DNA of 64,000 nt. It comes from Deltaproteobacteria bacterium. GTDB lineage: Bacteria; JAGRBM01; JAHCIT01. Both the position numbers and the translations under genes were made by a program. The notes below the pieces were generated by a model. It was given only the letters and a program-made list of their open reading frames with translations, was not told the DNA's origin and did no database searches. Shown here in pieces: positions 37,764-47,480 of this stretch (position 1 is the stretch's first letter; each line of letters opens with the position of its first letter). The stretch spans positions 124,001 to 188,000 of the forward strand of contig JAHCIT010000007.1 in the NCBI GenBank assembly GCA_026129095.1, given 5' to 3'.

Positions 37764-38687
37764 CTAGCGGGCAAAACCAAAGCAGTTTTCCGTATCACCT
37801 CCGAAGGAGATCGCGAGGTTTTTCGTTGCGTGATCGGCGTACCCTTCAAGGCCCATCCAGTCCTCATCCGGTTCGATCACCACATAGACGCCCTCTTCAC
37901 CATTATCGGGATCGCCCGTTAGCACCAAGCTCTGGATTTCATAGCACTCCGGGTCGTCACACTCGTCAATCTGGTTGACACCCTCACCCCTGAAGGTGAT
38001 TGGGCCAATGCTTTCCTGCGGAAGCGCAGTGGAGGAGATACCCTCATCTACAAACTCCTCCAGATCGACTGTTGCCTCCGCCACGCTGCTGAAGATGCCG
38101 CCAGTCACACCAAACAGTTGATCTCCATCCAGCAGGAATGCCGCAAGCCCGACATCACTGAATTCATCACGGCCGTATTCGTAGCCGCCGCAGGCGATAT
38201 AAACCTCGCCCGGATCCTCGACAAGCTTGGCACCGGCAAAGCCGATGCCTTCGCCTCCGTCCAGTTCAATACTGAGGGAAAGCGTCAGTAACCCGTCATC
38301 GGTGACAGTCCCCACTCCCACGACCGTGCCCTCGTCCACCTCGATCGTGAGCGTGACATCCGATCCGGAAATCTGGTCGGACACTTCGGCATCGTCCTCA
38401 TCGAGATCGTCAATAATTCCGGAGGGACCATCAGCAAATGTATAGAGCGCACCGGTAATAGCGCCGTTGCCGGCGATCTCCAGCCGGATAACCCCAGCGA
38501 TCCTGGCTTCAAAGCCAGCCGATGCCGGACCAGCACTGTCAGGGAAATAGGATTCCCCTGCCACGAAACCACCCAGGTAAGTCCCCGTCAGGAAGTTGCC
38601 GCTCCCGCTGCTCCCACATGCCCCGATAGACAGGGCAAGCGAGCCTGCAAAGACGAGTGAAACGATTACTTGTGCCATGTTTTTCAT
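37764..38687 (-). CDS. hypothetical acidic beta-rich lipoprotein
   Basis: MKNMAQ...LSIGAC lipobox, then a GSSGSG linker. Very D/E-rich. Confidence 0.75.
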   Translation of the reverse strand: MKNMAQVIVSLVFAGSLALSIGACGSSGSGNFLTGTYLGGFVAGESYFPDSAGPASAGFEARIAGVIRLEIAGNGAITGALYTFADGPSGIIDDLDEDDAEVSDQISGSDVTLTIEVDEGTVVGVGTVTDDGLLTLSLSIELDGGEGIGFAGAKLVEDPGEVYIACGGYEYGRDEFSDVGLAAFLLDGDQLFGVTGGIFSSVAEATVDLEEFVDEGISSTALPQESIGPITFRGEGVNQIDECDDPECYEIQSLVLTGDPDNGEEGVYVVIEPDEDWMGLEGYADHATKNLAISFGGDTENCFGFAR

Positions 38688-38739
38688 GGGGATTCCCTTC
38701 ATGGGCTGGCCAACAGTGAAAACCAACCAAAGCAGCAGA

Positions 38740-38769
38740 ATCCTATAGCCCTACTTCACATTGTGTCAA
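38740..38769 (-). promoter_or_regulatory. candidate sigma70 promoter of the lipoprotein gene
   Basis: Minus strand reads TTGACA-N18-TAGGAT. Confidence 0.5.
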
Positions 38770-38814
38770 TTAAAGAACCGGGCCTTGCGCTCCACCTCAT
38801 GCTAGACATCCCAT

Positions 38815-39654
38815 ATGGCCACGCTTTTTGTCGTTGCAACGCCCATCGGGAACCTGGGAGATCTCACTCCGCGGGCGGCTGAAACACTGAAGAGCGTGGG
38901 GCTCATCGTCTGCGAGGATACCCGCATCTCGGGGCCGCTGATGCACCGGATCGGCACCAGGGCACCGCTGAAGGCCCATTTCAAGGGACGCGAGGCCGAG
39001 GGCGTGGAGGAGATACTGGCAGCGCTCGATGCCGGGACCGACGTCGCGCTGATTTCCGATGCCGGCACCCCGCTGGTGAGCGACCCCGGTCAGCGGCTGG
39101 TGGCCCGGGCCGCCGATGGCGGCCACCGGATTGTCCCCATTCCCGGCGGTTCGGCTCCGGTGGCGCTCATTTCGGTGGCGGCGTTCAAAACCGAAGCCTT
39201 CACCTGGATCGGCTTCCTGCCGTCTCCGCAGCAGGAGCGGCGGGGAACCCTCTCCCGGTACCGGGACCGGCCGGAAGCGCTCGTCTTCTTTGAAAGCCCA
39301 AGGCGGCTGGTCGAGACACTGACCGACTGCATGGCTGTGTTCGGTCCCAATCGCCCGGCCGTTATCGGCCGTGAACTCACCAAGCTGCACGAGGAAATCG
39401 TGCGTGGCACGTTGAAGGAACTTCACGGCAATTTTGCCGCTCGCGCCGACATACCCGGAGAAGTGACCGTTGCCGTCGAGGGGTTCACGGGGGAGACGGA
39501 AACCGTCACGCTGGAGAGCCTTACCCCGGAGATACTGGAGGGTATCGGCAAGGGTGAAGGTACCCGCCAGATCGCCCAGCGGCTCGCTGCCGTATACGGG
39601 CTTCCACGCAGGGACGTCTATGAACGTGTGCTGGAACTGGCGGGAAGGAAGTGA
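38815..39654 (+). CDS. rsmI: 16S rRNA C1402 2'-O-methyltransferase
   Basis: LFVVATPIGNLGDLT, CEDTR, ISDAGTPLVSDPG, FESPRR, RELTKLHEE. Confidence 0.97.
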   Translation: MATLFVVATPIGNLGDLTPRAAETLKSVGLIVCEDTRISGPLMHRIGTRAPLKAHFKGREAEGVEEILAALDAGTDVALISDAGTPLVSDPGQRLVARAADGGHRIVPIPGGSAPVALISVAAFKTEAFTWIGFLPSPQQERRGTLSRYRDRPEALVFFESPRRLVETLTDCMAVFGPNRPAVIGRELTKLHEEIVRGTLKELHGNFAARADIPGEVTVAVEGFTGETETVTLESLTPEILEGIGKGEGTRQIAQRLAAVYGLPRRDVYERVLELAGRK

Positions 39655-39682
39655 TAGTTAAACCCGCCGGAAGGAGTCCTTT

Positions 39683-40378
39683 TTGCTGCTCCGTGACAAC
39701 TTCAGCATGACAGCCGTTGTCCTGTGGATGACCGTCCTGATCTTTTCCCTGTCGGTGCACGAGTTCGCCCATGCCTGGACGGCATGGAAGAGCGGCGACG
39801 ACACGGCAGCCCGGATGGGACGCCTCACCCTGAATCCGCTGGCCCATCTCGATTTCCTTGGGACCATCATGATTCTCTTCGCACCGATCGGCTGGGCCAA
39901 ACCCGTACCGGTGAACCCGAGCCGGTTCAAGAAGCCCCGCCGGGACGAAATCCTTGTTTCGATGGCCGGGCCGGCATCGAACATCGTCATCGCCATGCTG
40001 GCGGGTCTTGGACTCCGGGGCCTCACAATGGCCCACGGGAACCTGCTTCAGGCGGCGTCCGGAGGCGTGGACCTGTTCGCCGCGCTGGCCGGGGCGCTTT
40101 CGCTGCTGGTCTTCCTCAACTTTGCGCTGGCTTTCTTCAACCTGATCCCGATCTTCCCGCTGGACGGCAGCCACGTCCTCGAAAACCTGCTACCGCTGGA
40201 AGCGCAGATGCGTTACCGGGAGATACGGCCCTACTTGCCGTTCGTGCTGCTGGCGCTCATTTTTTTCACACCCGTCCTGTCGTATCTCATCATCGTGCCG
40301 CTTTCCTACCTTGCGCCGCTATTGACGGGCTATTCGCTGAACGCGCTGTTCCACATGGTCGGCGCCGTGACGAGCTGA
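39683..40378 (+). CDS. site-2 protease (M50) family protein
   Basis: HEFAH, GRLTLNPLAH, GWAKPVPVN, AGPASN, FNLIPIFPLDG. TTG start after AAGGAG (alternative ATG 39707). Confidence 0.92.
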   Translation: MLLRDNFSMTAVVLWMTVLIFSLSVHEFAHAWTAWKSGDDTAARMGRLTLNPLAHLDFLGTIMILFAPIGWAKPVPVNPSRFKKPRRDEILVSMAGPASNIVIAMLAGLGLRGLTMAHGNLLQAASGGVDLFAALAGALSLLVFLNFALAFFNLIPIFPLDGSHVLENLLPLEAQMRYREIRPYLPFVLLALIFFTPVLSYLIIVPLSYLAPLLTGYSLNALFHMVGAVTS

Positions 40379-40394
40379 AAAGGAGAACCCCCGC

Positions 40395-41606
40395 TTGAGA
40401 GTCCTTTCCGGCATGCGCCCCACCGGACTGCTGCATATCGGCCACTGGGAAGGCGTGCTCAAGAACTGGGTCGAACTCCAGAAGTCCGGTGCGGAATGCT
40501 TCTTTTTCTCGGCCGACTGGCACATGCTCACGACCGAGTATGAAAATATCCATGAAGTCACTCCCATCGTACGCGAGAACGTTGCCGACTGGATCGCCTG
40601 TGGCGTCGATCCGTCAAAGTCGGTCATTTTCGTTCAATCGCGGATCAAGGAAACTGCCGAGCTGTTTCTCCTCCTTTCCATGATTACCGGCGTCTCCATG
40701 CTGGAGAACAATCCGACCTACAAGGAGCAGCTTGCCGAACTGAACAGGTCGCGGGTATCGCCACCGCTTCTCCAGAAGGCACTGAAAGAACTGAAAGGGC
40801 GTAAGGTGGATGGCACACAGTGCGAAGCACTGGAGACAGATCTCAAAAAGCTGTCCGAGGGCGAGTTTGTCCGCGAACTGGATGTGACCCACCGGATTCT
40901 GGACCGGGCGAAGCCGCTGCTTTCAGAAGAAACCTGGCAGCGAATTTACGAGGCGTCGGTGCCCAAGGACATCAAGACCGCCGGCTTCCTCCTCTACCCC
41001 GTGCTCCAGACAGCCGACATCATTCTCTACAAGGCCAACGAGGTCCCCGTCGGGCAGGACCAGCTTCCTCATGTAGAGATCAGCCGCGAGATCACCCGCA
41101 AGTTCAACGCGCTCTACCCTGGCAAGGGCGGCAAGCCGGTTTTCCCGGAGCCGGTGGCAAAACTGACTCCTGTTCCAAAGCTGCTCGGTCTCGACGGCCG
41201 GAAGATGTCCAAGAGCTATGGAAACGCCGTGATGCTGTCGGATTCAGCCGACGAGGTGACGGCCAAGCTCAAGCCCATGAAAACAGACGAAAAGCGCCAG
41301 CGGCTCACCGATCCCGGCGAACCTAACGACTGCAACGTCTACTCCTGGCACGAGCTCTATTCGTCAAGGGACGAGTGCGCCACCGTCGCCGCCAACTGCC
41401 GTGGAGCCAGGTGGGGCTGCATGGACTGCAAGATGCTGCTCGCGGGAAACCTGAACCGCACACTCGAACCTGTCCGCCAGAAGCGGAAGGCCCTTCTGGA
41501 CAACCCCGCCGTCATCGAGAAGATCATCGCAGACGGCTCGGAGAAAGCCGCCGACGTCGCCCGCTCCACACTGAAGGAAGTCCGCGAGGTGATGAAGATC
41601 GGGTGA
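40395..41606 (+). CDS. trpS: tryptophan--tRNA ligase with internal insertion
   Basis: SGMRPTGLLHIGH, YPVLQTADI, VPVGQDQLPH, KMSKS. TTG start after AAGGAG. Confidence 0.96.
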   Translation: MRVLSGMRPTGLLHIGHWEGVLKNWVELQKSGAECFFFSADWHMLTTEYENIHEVTPIVRENVADWIACGVDPSKSVIFVQSRIKETAELFLLLSMITGVSMLENNPTYKEQLAELNRSRVSPPLLQKALKELKGRKVDGTQCEALETDLKKLSEGEFVRELDVTHRILDRAKPLLSEETWQRIYEASVPKDIKTAGFLLYPVLQTADIILYKANEVPVGQDQLPHVEISREITRKFNALYPGKGGKPVFPEPVAKLTPVPKLLGLDGRKMSKSYGNAVMLSDSADEVTAKLKPMKTDEKRQRLTDPGEPNDCNVYSWHELYSSRDECATVAANCRGARWGCMDCKMLLAGNLNRTLEPVRQKRKALLDNPAVIEKIIADGSEKAADVARSTLKEVREVMKIG

Positions 41607-41611
41607 GAGGG

Positions 41612-42925
41612 TTACAATGCCTCCACGGTTTTCACCTTGGGGAGCAGTGCGCCGATGGCTCCTCGGCAGTCGAGGATCAGCTTCAGGTTGCGGACGAGCA
41701 GCGGGTAGTTGAACTTCCGGTGAGCCGTCACCAGTACGGCGGCATCGAACCCCTTGAGGCGGGCCGGGGTGAGCGGCACGGACTTCAGGGTACGATCGCC
41801 CTCCGAAAACTCCGGAATATGCGGGTCGCTGTAACTGACATGCGCCCCTTCCAGTTCCAGCAGTTTCAGGATTTCGAGGCCGGGCGATTCACGGAGGTCA
41901 TCCACGTCCGGCTTGTAGGCGAGGCCAAGTACAAGGATTTTCGCGCCATTTAGAGCCTTCCGTGACCGCCGTGACAGCATCCGTGCCGTCCGGTTCACCA
42001 CGAAGCGCGGCATGTTGCCATTGATGTCGGTCGCTAGCTCGATGAAGCGGTTGTAGTGGCTGAACATCTTCGCCTTCCAGGCAAGATACACGGGATCGAG
42101 CGGAATGCAGTGGCCGCCGATGCCGGGCCCCGGATAAAACGGCATGAAGCCGAAGGGCTTGGTTTTGGCCGCGTTCACCACGTTCCAGATATTGATATCC
42201 ATCCGGTCGCACATGAGCATCAGCTCGTTCACAAGGCCGATGTTCACCGCCCGGAAGGTATTTTCGAGCATCTTGACCATCTCGGCCTCGTCTGAGGACC
42301 CCACTGTCACCACCTGGTCCACGGCGCGCCGGTAAAGTGCCGCGGCGGCCAGCGTGCAGGCCGGCGTTGCGCCGCCCACAACCTTGGGCGTGTTGCGGAT
42401 CTTCCAGACCTTGTTCCCCGGATCGACCCGCTCTGGAGAAAAGGCGACAAAAATGTCGCGCCCCACCTTGAAGCCAGCTGCCTCTACCGCCGGGACGATG
42501 ATCTCCCGCGTGGTACCGGGATAGGTGGTGCTTTCCAGCACGATCACCTGGCCCTTTGTCAGCAGCGGCACCAGCTTTTCAACAGCCCCCTGGATGTATG
42601 AAATATCGGGATCGCGGGATTTCCGGAGCGGCGTCGGCACCGCGATGGAAATGCCATCACACCGGGCGAGATCCCGGTAGTCCGCCGACACCTCGAACCG
42701 CCCTGACTGGCGTGCCTCCCGGACTTCGCGGTCGGCGACATCCACTACCGTCGAACGTCCGGCGTTGATCCGCCTGACCTTGGCTGTATCCGTGTCAATA
42801 CCGGTAACACGGCAGCCCCCGCGGACAAACTCCAGCGCAAGCGGCAAACCGACGTAGCCCAGGCCGATGACGCCCACCCGCGGGACGCCTTTCTCAAGCC
42901 GCCGGACCAGTTTCTTCCCCTGCAT
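41612..42925 (-). CDS. nucleotide-sugar (UDP-GlcNAc/ManNAc-type) 6-dehydrogenase
   Basis: GLGYVGLP, VPTP, ESTTYPGTT, SPER, KMLENTFR, GGHCIP, YKPDVDDLRESP. Confidence 0.93.
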   Translation of the reverse strand: MQGKKLVRRLEKGVPRVGVIGLGYVGLPLALEFVRGGCRVTGIDTDTAKVRRINAGRSTVVDVADREVREARQSGRFEVSADYRDLARCDGISIAVPTPLRKSRDPDISYIQGAVEKLVPLLTKGQVIVLESTTYPGTTREIIVPAVEAAGFKVGRDIFVAFSPERVDPGNKVWKIRNTPKVVGGATPACTLAAAALYRRAVDQVVTVGSSDEAEMVKMLENTFRAVNIGLVNELMLMCDRMDINIWNVVNAAKTKPFGFMPFYPGPGIGGHCIPLDPVYLAWKAKMFSHYNRFIELATDINGNMPRFVVNRTARMLSRRSRKALNGAKILVLGLAYKPDVDDLRESPGLEILKLLELEGAHVSYSDPHIPEFSEGDRTLKSVPLTPARLKGFDAAVLVTAHRKFNYPLLVRNLKLILDCRGAIGALLPKVKTVEAL

Positions 42926-42965
42926 GGCTCCAGTGTAGCTGGACCGCGAAAGAAAGCGGAACGGC

Positions 42966-43002
42966 GGGAAAGGCAGGGCTTACCCGGCGGCCTGCCCTTC
43001 CC
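42966..43002 (-). terminator. candidate terminator after cyclophilin
   Basis: Imperfect GGGAAAGGCAGG...CCTGCCCTTCCC stem. Confidence 0.4.
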
Positions 43003-43043
43003 CTTCCAGTCACGTCAGGGACTTATCCGCTACGGGAGATCCC

Positions 43044-43670
43044 CTACTTTTTCTCTTTTTTTGGCTCGATCACGCGGATCTTGTTGATAATGACGGGCTC
43101 AAGGGGCCGGTCGCCGGGGGCCGTTGGCTCGACCGAAATCTTGTCGGTTGTAGCCTGGCTTGCCGGATCGGTACAATCACCGAAGATCGTATGGCGGTTG
43201 TTCAGCCACGGCGTCGCCTTCACCGTGATAAAGAACTGCGAGCCGTTGGTGCCGGGGCCGGAGTTCGCCATGGCAAGCAAACCCGGGCGGTCGAACGTAA
43301 GGTCCGGGCTGAACTCGTCCTCAAACCTGTAACCAGGCCCGCCAGTCCCGGTGCCGAGCGGATCGCCGCCCTGGATCATGAAGTCGCGGATCACGCGGTG
43401 GAAAAGCGTGCCCTCGTATAGGGATTTGCCTTTCACCGGCTTCTGGGTGCGTGGATCGGTCCATTCCTTCTTGCCGGTAGCGAGACCGATGAAGTTCTCG
43501 ACCGTCTTGGGCGCCTGCTTGGGGAACAGATGACAGGTGATCTTGCCCAGCCGGGTTTCAATCTCGACAGTGGGGCCGCCCGTGGGAAGCTTTTTCGATG
43601 TCTGGGCGAATGCCAGTTGGGGAACGATCACGGCAGCCGACAAAGCAGCAGCAAGCAGTGTGTTTTTCAC
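43044..43670 (-). CDS. exported cyclophilin-type peptidyl-prolyl isomerase
   Basis: Signal peptide, [37 protein letters not shown]. Confidence 0.95.
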   Translation of the reverse strand: MKNTLLAAALSAAVIVPQLAFAQTSKKLPTGGPTVEIETRLGKITCHLFPKQAPKTVENFIGLATGKKEWTDPRTQKPVKGKSLYEGTLFHRVIRDFMIQGGDPLGTGTGGPGYRFEDEFSPDLTFDRPGLLAMANSGPGTNGSQFFITVKATPWLNNRHTIFGDCTDPASQATTDKISVEPTAPGDRPLEPVIINKIRVIEPKKEKK

Positions 43671-43754
43671 CTTGAGTTACCTCTTTTCCTGAAAACGGGT
43701 TGTGCAGATTTTATAGGGCGAACCCTCGGGAGGAGGCAACGGCCCGTCACCTTA

Positions 43755-43792
43755 AAAAGTATTCAGGCCCGGCAATAACCGCCGGGCCTGAA
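43755..43792 (-). terminator. intrinsic terminator after FecR-domain gene
   Basis: TTCAGGCCCGGC-N7-GCCGGGCCTGAA, followed on the minus strand by TACTTTTT. Confidence 0.75.
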
Positions 43793-43817
43793 GCCTTGAT
43801 CCACTGTCCAGCGGCAA

Positions 43818-44624
43818 TCAGGGACGGAACGGCACGTCGATACGCACACGGGCCCGCCCGCGGCCACCGCCGGCAGGTTCCAGATCAATGCGCGGCTGGT
43901 CGCGGCTAAATACAACCATCAGGTTGAGGGCCCCGAACTCGCCGCCTTCGGCATCGCCACCGCCATCCGTGTCATCGGCACCCGGCAGATCGTCGCCGTC
44001 ATCGCCACCGTTATTGGCCATCGTGGTGCTGTTGATGAGCGCCGCCAGTTCTTCGAGCGACGGCTCACGCGGCTCTGTCGGGGCGCCACCCTGCATGAAC
44101 GAAATCTGTCCGCTCTGGAGTGTCACCTCACTGCCCGGAGGGCCGTAGGTACAAGGGCCTTCAACACAGGCCATGAACTCCGGGGTTCCAGTACCGACCA
44201 CCTGGATCGAGCCACGCACACCTGCGACGGCCGTAGGGGTCTTGATCTTGAACGTGCTCTGGTAGTTGGCGGTGTACCGGGCCACGGCAGCGCGCACACG
44301 GCCCTGCATCAGCTCCATAAAGCTCTCGCGGCGGGCCGGAGCACGGGTAAATGTCTGCGTCCGGACGACCAGCTTGGAGTTGGGGGAGAGCGTAATCACG
44401 CTGTCATCGCTCAGCATGACCTTCACCCGGCCATCTGCGCCGGTCTGCAGGGTGTCTCCCTCCATCACCGGCTCATAGACACGCAGAGAGACCGGTTCGC
44501 CGCTTGCACGGGTAATCGTCACCTGGCCCGTGATTTGCGTCACCTTGCCAGCCTGATTTGCACTAGCGGAGGAAACCCACCCGGCCAGAATTACCATCGC
44601 AAGTCCACTGATCCATTTCTTCAT
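43818..44624 (-). CDS. secreted FecR-domain protein
   Basis: Signal peptide (ASA), GDTLQTGADGRV..LSDDS, IKTPTAVAGVRGS, acidic tail. CAGGGAG RBS. Confidence 0.85.
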   Translation of the reverse strand: MKKWISGLAMVILAGWVSSASANQAGKVTQITGQVTITRASGEPVSLRVYEPVMEGDTLQTGADGRVKVMLSDDSVITLSPNSKLVVRTQTFTRAPARRESFMELMQGRVRAAVARYTANYQSTFKIKTPTAVAGVRGSIQVVGTGTPEFMACVEGPCTYGPPGSEVTLQSGQISFMQGGAPTEPREPSLEELAALINSTTMANNGGDDGDDLPGADDTDGGGDAEGGEFGALNLMVVFSRDQPRIDLEPAGGGRGRARVRIDVPFRP

Positions 44625-44721
44625 CGCTGTTACTCCCTGAAACATCCGGCCTCTAAAACCTCACCCAAAACAAACCGGAATACCCCTGATTTCAACTAGT
44701 TACCGCAAATCCACCTTGGGG

Positions 44722-46548
44722 TTACTCCCAGCGGACCCGGGCTCCGGCCCCAATCATCTGACGGTCATACTCAAACGACGCCAGCGACGAGGTACGCAAT
44801 TCTAGCGCATAGTTCATATAGAATTCCGTAATTTCGCTCACTTTAAATGCGATTTCCGGAGTCCAGGTAAACGAGAAATCCTTACGCTCGGAATCGACCG
44901 GACAAGGGCTGGTATTCGGCGGTCCACCTGCCAGTCCGCAGTAGGCCGCGTCCGAAGCACCGTGGACCGAATAGCTGAGGCGGGTGCCGTTGCGAAGCGC
45001 AATTTTCTTGGTGGGCAGGTACTGCGCGTTCGTGTTCCAGCGAAGTCCCAGATACGAATACTGCGACGACTTGGCATTCCGGTTGGCAAGCCCAAGGTCG
45101 GTCCCGGCCATCCAGGTCTTGGTTGCATAGGTGCCACCTGCACTCAGTCCCAGATTCATCGATTCGCGGTTATTGGGCGCAGCGCCATTATTGAGGAACG
45201 GAGCGATCTGCTCCGACGGGTAACGCTCCCATCCCATGGTGCCGCGCAGGTCGAATGTCCACTCCTGCATCCGCTTGTAGCCTGCCAGAACGAAATTGTG
45301 GCTGTGGCTGAAGGTACCGTACCGGATACCCCATTTGCGGGGTGTCGGGTCGTCGCCTGCGCTACCGATGACACCATCGCCATCGGTATCAGCCAGAGCG
45401 GTCTTGATGCCCATGTAACGGCCAAGACGGAACCACGTGTAGTCGTAGGCCAGTGTAACGCCCACTTCCTCATCCTTCGCGCCGGTCTCGAACGTTCCGT
45501 AAATAAGCGCGTTCGTAACACCCTGGTTATAGTCGGTGTTGTTCAAGTACGAGTTTTCGGCGTTGCTGAGCGACCCTGACAGCCGGAACTGGTCGCTGAT
45601 CTTCGTTGTGATGTCCAGCCCCAGCGACAGTTCCAGCCGGTTATCGCCCTTCTTCTTCAGGAAGGTCGGGAGGAGTTCTCCATCCGGCGTAAGGCCGACG
45701 TTGGAATCGAACGACCATCCGACCGCCAGCGACGGGACCAGTTTGAAATCCTCATCGCCTTCGGCCTCGCCGCCGTCTATCCGGGCGATATATTTCTTCG
45801 CTTCCTTTCCGTGCGTGGAATCAGGAGCGCGGTCAACAAGGGCCTGGAAGCCGGTCCGCGCCTGGTCTTTTTCTTCCATCCGGTAGAACGAAAGGGCGCG
45901 GAAGTATTCAGAAGCGTTGCGATTGGTCCCGAGAGCTGCCGACTGCTCGAACCACTGGGTCGCATCCTTGTATTCGCCCTTCTGGAACTGGCAGATACCG
46001 ATACCATACCGGGCCACGCCATCCGTCGGATCAGCATCAGCCCCCTTGCGGAATGCCGGCACCGCAAGGTCGCACTGTTCCTGCTTCAGGTAGGCGCTGC
46101 CCAGCGGCGTATAGTGGGCCTTGTAGTCCGGGTGTGATTCGGTAATTCCCGAGAGAACCTTTGCCGCATCGCGCGGCTTGTTCAGCGCATTCAGCGCCAC
46201 GCCCTTCAGGCGGAGAAGTCCGGGCTCATCGGGTTTCAGCGCCAGTGCTTCCTCGACCAGCCGGAGAGCTTCCTTTGGATTGCCCTGGTCCAGTTCGATG
46301 ATTGCCTTCTCGATAACAATCTCAGACTTGGTACCTTCAGCACCGCTGTAACTTGGGGCTTCTTCCGCTGGAGTGGCGTCAGCGGCATGTGCCTCCGCCT
46401 GTGCAGCTTCAGTGCTTTCAGCAGGTGCCTCTTCGGCGGCGGCCGGGGCATCCTGGGCCCCAGCCTGCCGAACCAAACCGGAAACGGGCAGAAGCCCTAA
46501 CGCAATCGCAATCGCTCCCCGGCGAAAGTACAAGGAAAACTGGTTCAT
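44722..46548 (-). CDS. TPR-repeat + outer-membrane beta-barrel protein (Slam/DUF560-like)
   Basis: Signal peptide (AGA-Q), about 5 TPRs, then SFDSNV and alternating amphipathic strands ending GARVRWE. Confidence 0.75.
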   Translation of the reverse strand: MNQFSLYFRRGAIAIALGLLPVSGLVRQAGAQDAPAAAEEAPAESTEAAQAEAHAADATPAEEAPSYSGAEGTKSEIVIEKAIIELDQGNPKEALRLVEEALALKPDEPGLLRLKGVALNALNKPRDAAKVLSGITESHPDYKAHYTPLGSAYLKQEQCDLAVPAFRKGADADPTDGVARYGIGICQFQKGEYKDATQWFEQSAALGTNRNASEYFRALSFYRMEEKDQARTGFQALVDRAPDSTHGKEAKKYIARIDGGEAEGDEDFKLVPSLAVGWSFDSNVGLTPDGELLPTFLKKKGDNRLELSLGLDITTKISDQFRLSGSLSNAENSYLNNTDYNQGVTNALIYGTFETGAKDEEVGVTLAYDYTWFRLGRYMGIKTALADTDGDGVIGSAGDDPTPRKWGIRYGTFSHSHNFVLAGYKRMQEWTFDLRGTMGWERYPSEQIAPFLNNGAAPNNRESMNLGLSAGGTYATKTWMAGTDLGLANRNAKSSQYSYLGLRWNTNAQYLPTKKIALRNGTRLSYSVHGASDAAYCGLAGGPPNTSPCPVDSERKDFSFTWTPEIAFKVSEITEFYMNYALELRTSSLASFEYDRQMIGAGARVRWE

Positions 46549-46658
46549 GCTATCCGCTCCCCGCGGCCCCTCCATGGACAGGCTGCCGGCCACCCGGCGG
46601 TTCGCCCATCCTCAAGAATCTAGATGTCCCTTGACACCCGTTCGTGGGGTCTAGGTTA

Positions 46659-46682
46659 TTCATTCCTTCTTTCCTAGGTCAA
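46659..46682 (-). promoter_or_regulatory. candidate sigma70 promoter for the TPR-barrel/FecR genes (approximate)
   Basis: Minus strand reads TTGACC-N18-TAACCT. The -10 extends to about 46653. Confidence 0.4.
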
Positions 46683-46739
46683 TGCCGCACTACAAGGAAG
46701 TGATCCATAGCACCGAACGTCGAAAACTGCGAAAACGGC

Positions 46740-47441
46740 TCATATTTCGACCTTTATTTGCGTGCCGGGCCTGATCCCCGCGAGCGACACCTCCGCCCGG
46801 ATGGCATAGACCTCCACCCCACGGCTGACAGCCTTCTTGAGACCTCTCGCATAAGCGGTGTCGATTTCATGTGCAGCCCTGACAAAGTCCGCATCCCCGC
46901 GATTCACCCAGTAGAGCATCGCCGCCCTTGTCCCCCTTGAGATAACTGCTGCCAGTTCCTCCAGATGCTTGAGCCCCCGCTCGGTAACAGCATCCGGAAA
47001 CGCCGCCGATCCGTCACCGCCCGGCATGGTGACGTTTTTCACCTCAACATAAACGGTCCCCTTTTTGGGGTCTTCCAGCAGCAGATCCACTCGCGAGTTC
47101 TTTCCATACTTGACCTCCCGGCGAATCGTTGTGAAACCAGCGAGTTCCCTGATAACCCCGCCCGTGATCGCCTCCTCGGCAAGCCGGTTGGGACGCATCG
47201 TATTGGCACCGATCCAGAATTTTCCCGACTTCACCAGTTCGAGGGTGTATTTGAGCTTTCGTTCCGGATCCGCGTTGAACGTCAGGGCCACCGGCCAGCC
47301 CGGTTCGGCACACCCCTTCATCGAGCCGGAGTTCGGCACATGAGCCACTACTTTCTCGCCTGTTTCCAGCTCCACATCAGCCAGAAACCGTTTGTACCGC
47401 TTGATCAGTGTCCCCTTGATGAGGGGAGGATCGAACTTCAC
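46740..47441 (-). CDS. sfsA: DNA/RNA nuclease SfsA
   Basis: RYKRFLADV, HVPNSGSM, SRVDLLL, YVEVKNV, FPDAVTERGLKHL. Confidence 0.96.
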   Translation of the reverse strand: MKFDPPLIKGTLIKRYKRFLADVELETGEKVVAHVPNSGSMKGCAEPGWPVALTFNADPERKLKYTLELVKSGKFWIGANTMRPNRLAEEAITGGVIRELAGFTTIRREVKYGKNSRVDLLLEDPKKGTVYVEVKNVTMPGGDGSAAFPDAVTERGLKHLEELAAVISRGTRAAMLYWVNRGDADFVRAAHEIDTAYARGLKKAVSRGVEVYAIRAEVSLAGIRPGTQIKVEI

Positions 47442-47480
47442 AGATCTTACCTTTCTATGCGGCAGGATTTGGGAATGACT

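Noticed and set aside
46631-46657. Plus-strand TTGACA...TAGGTT promoter antisense to sfsA
   Set aside because: The spacer is only 15 bp and no downstream plus-strand gene exists.
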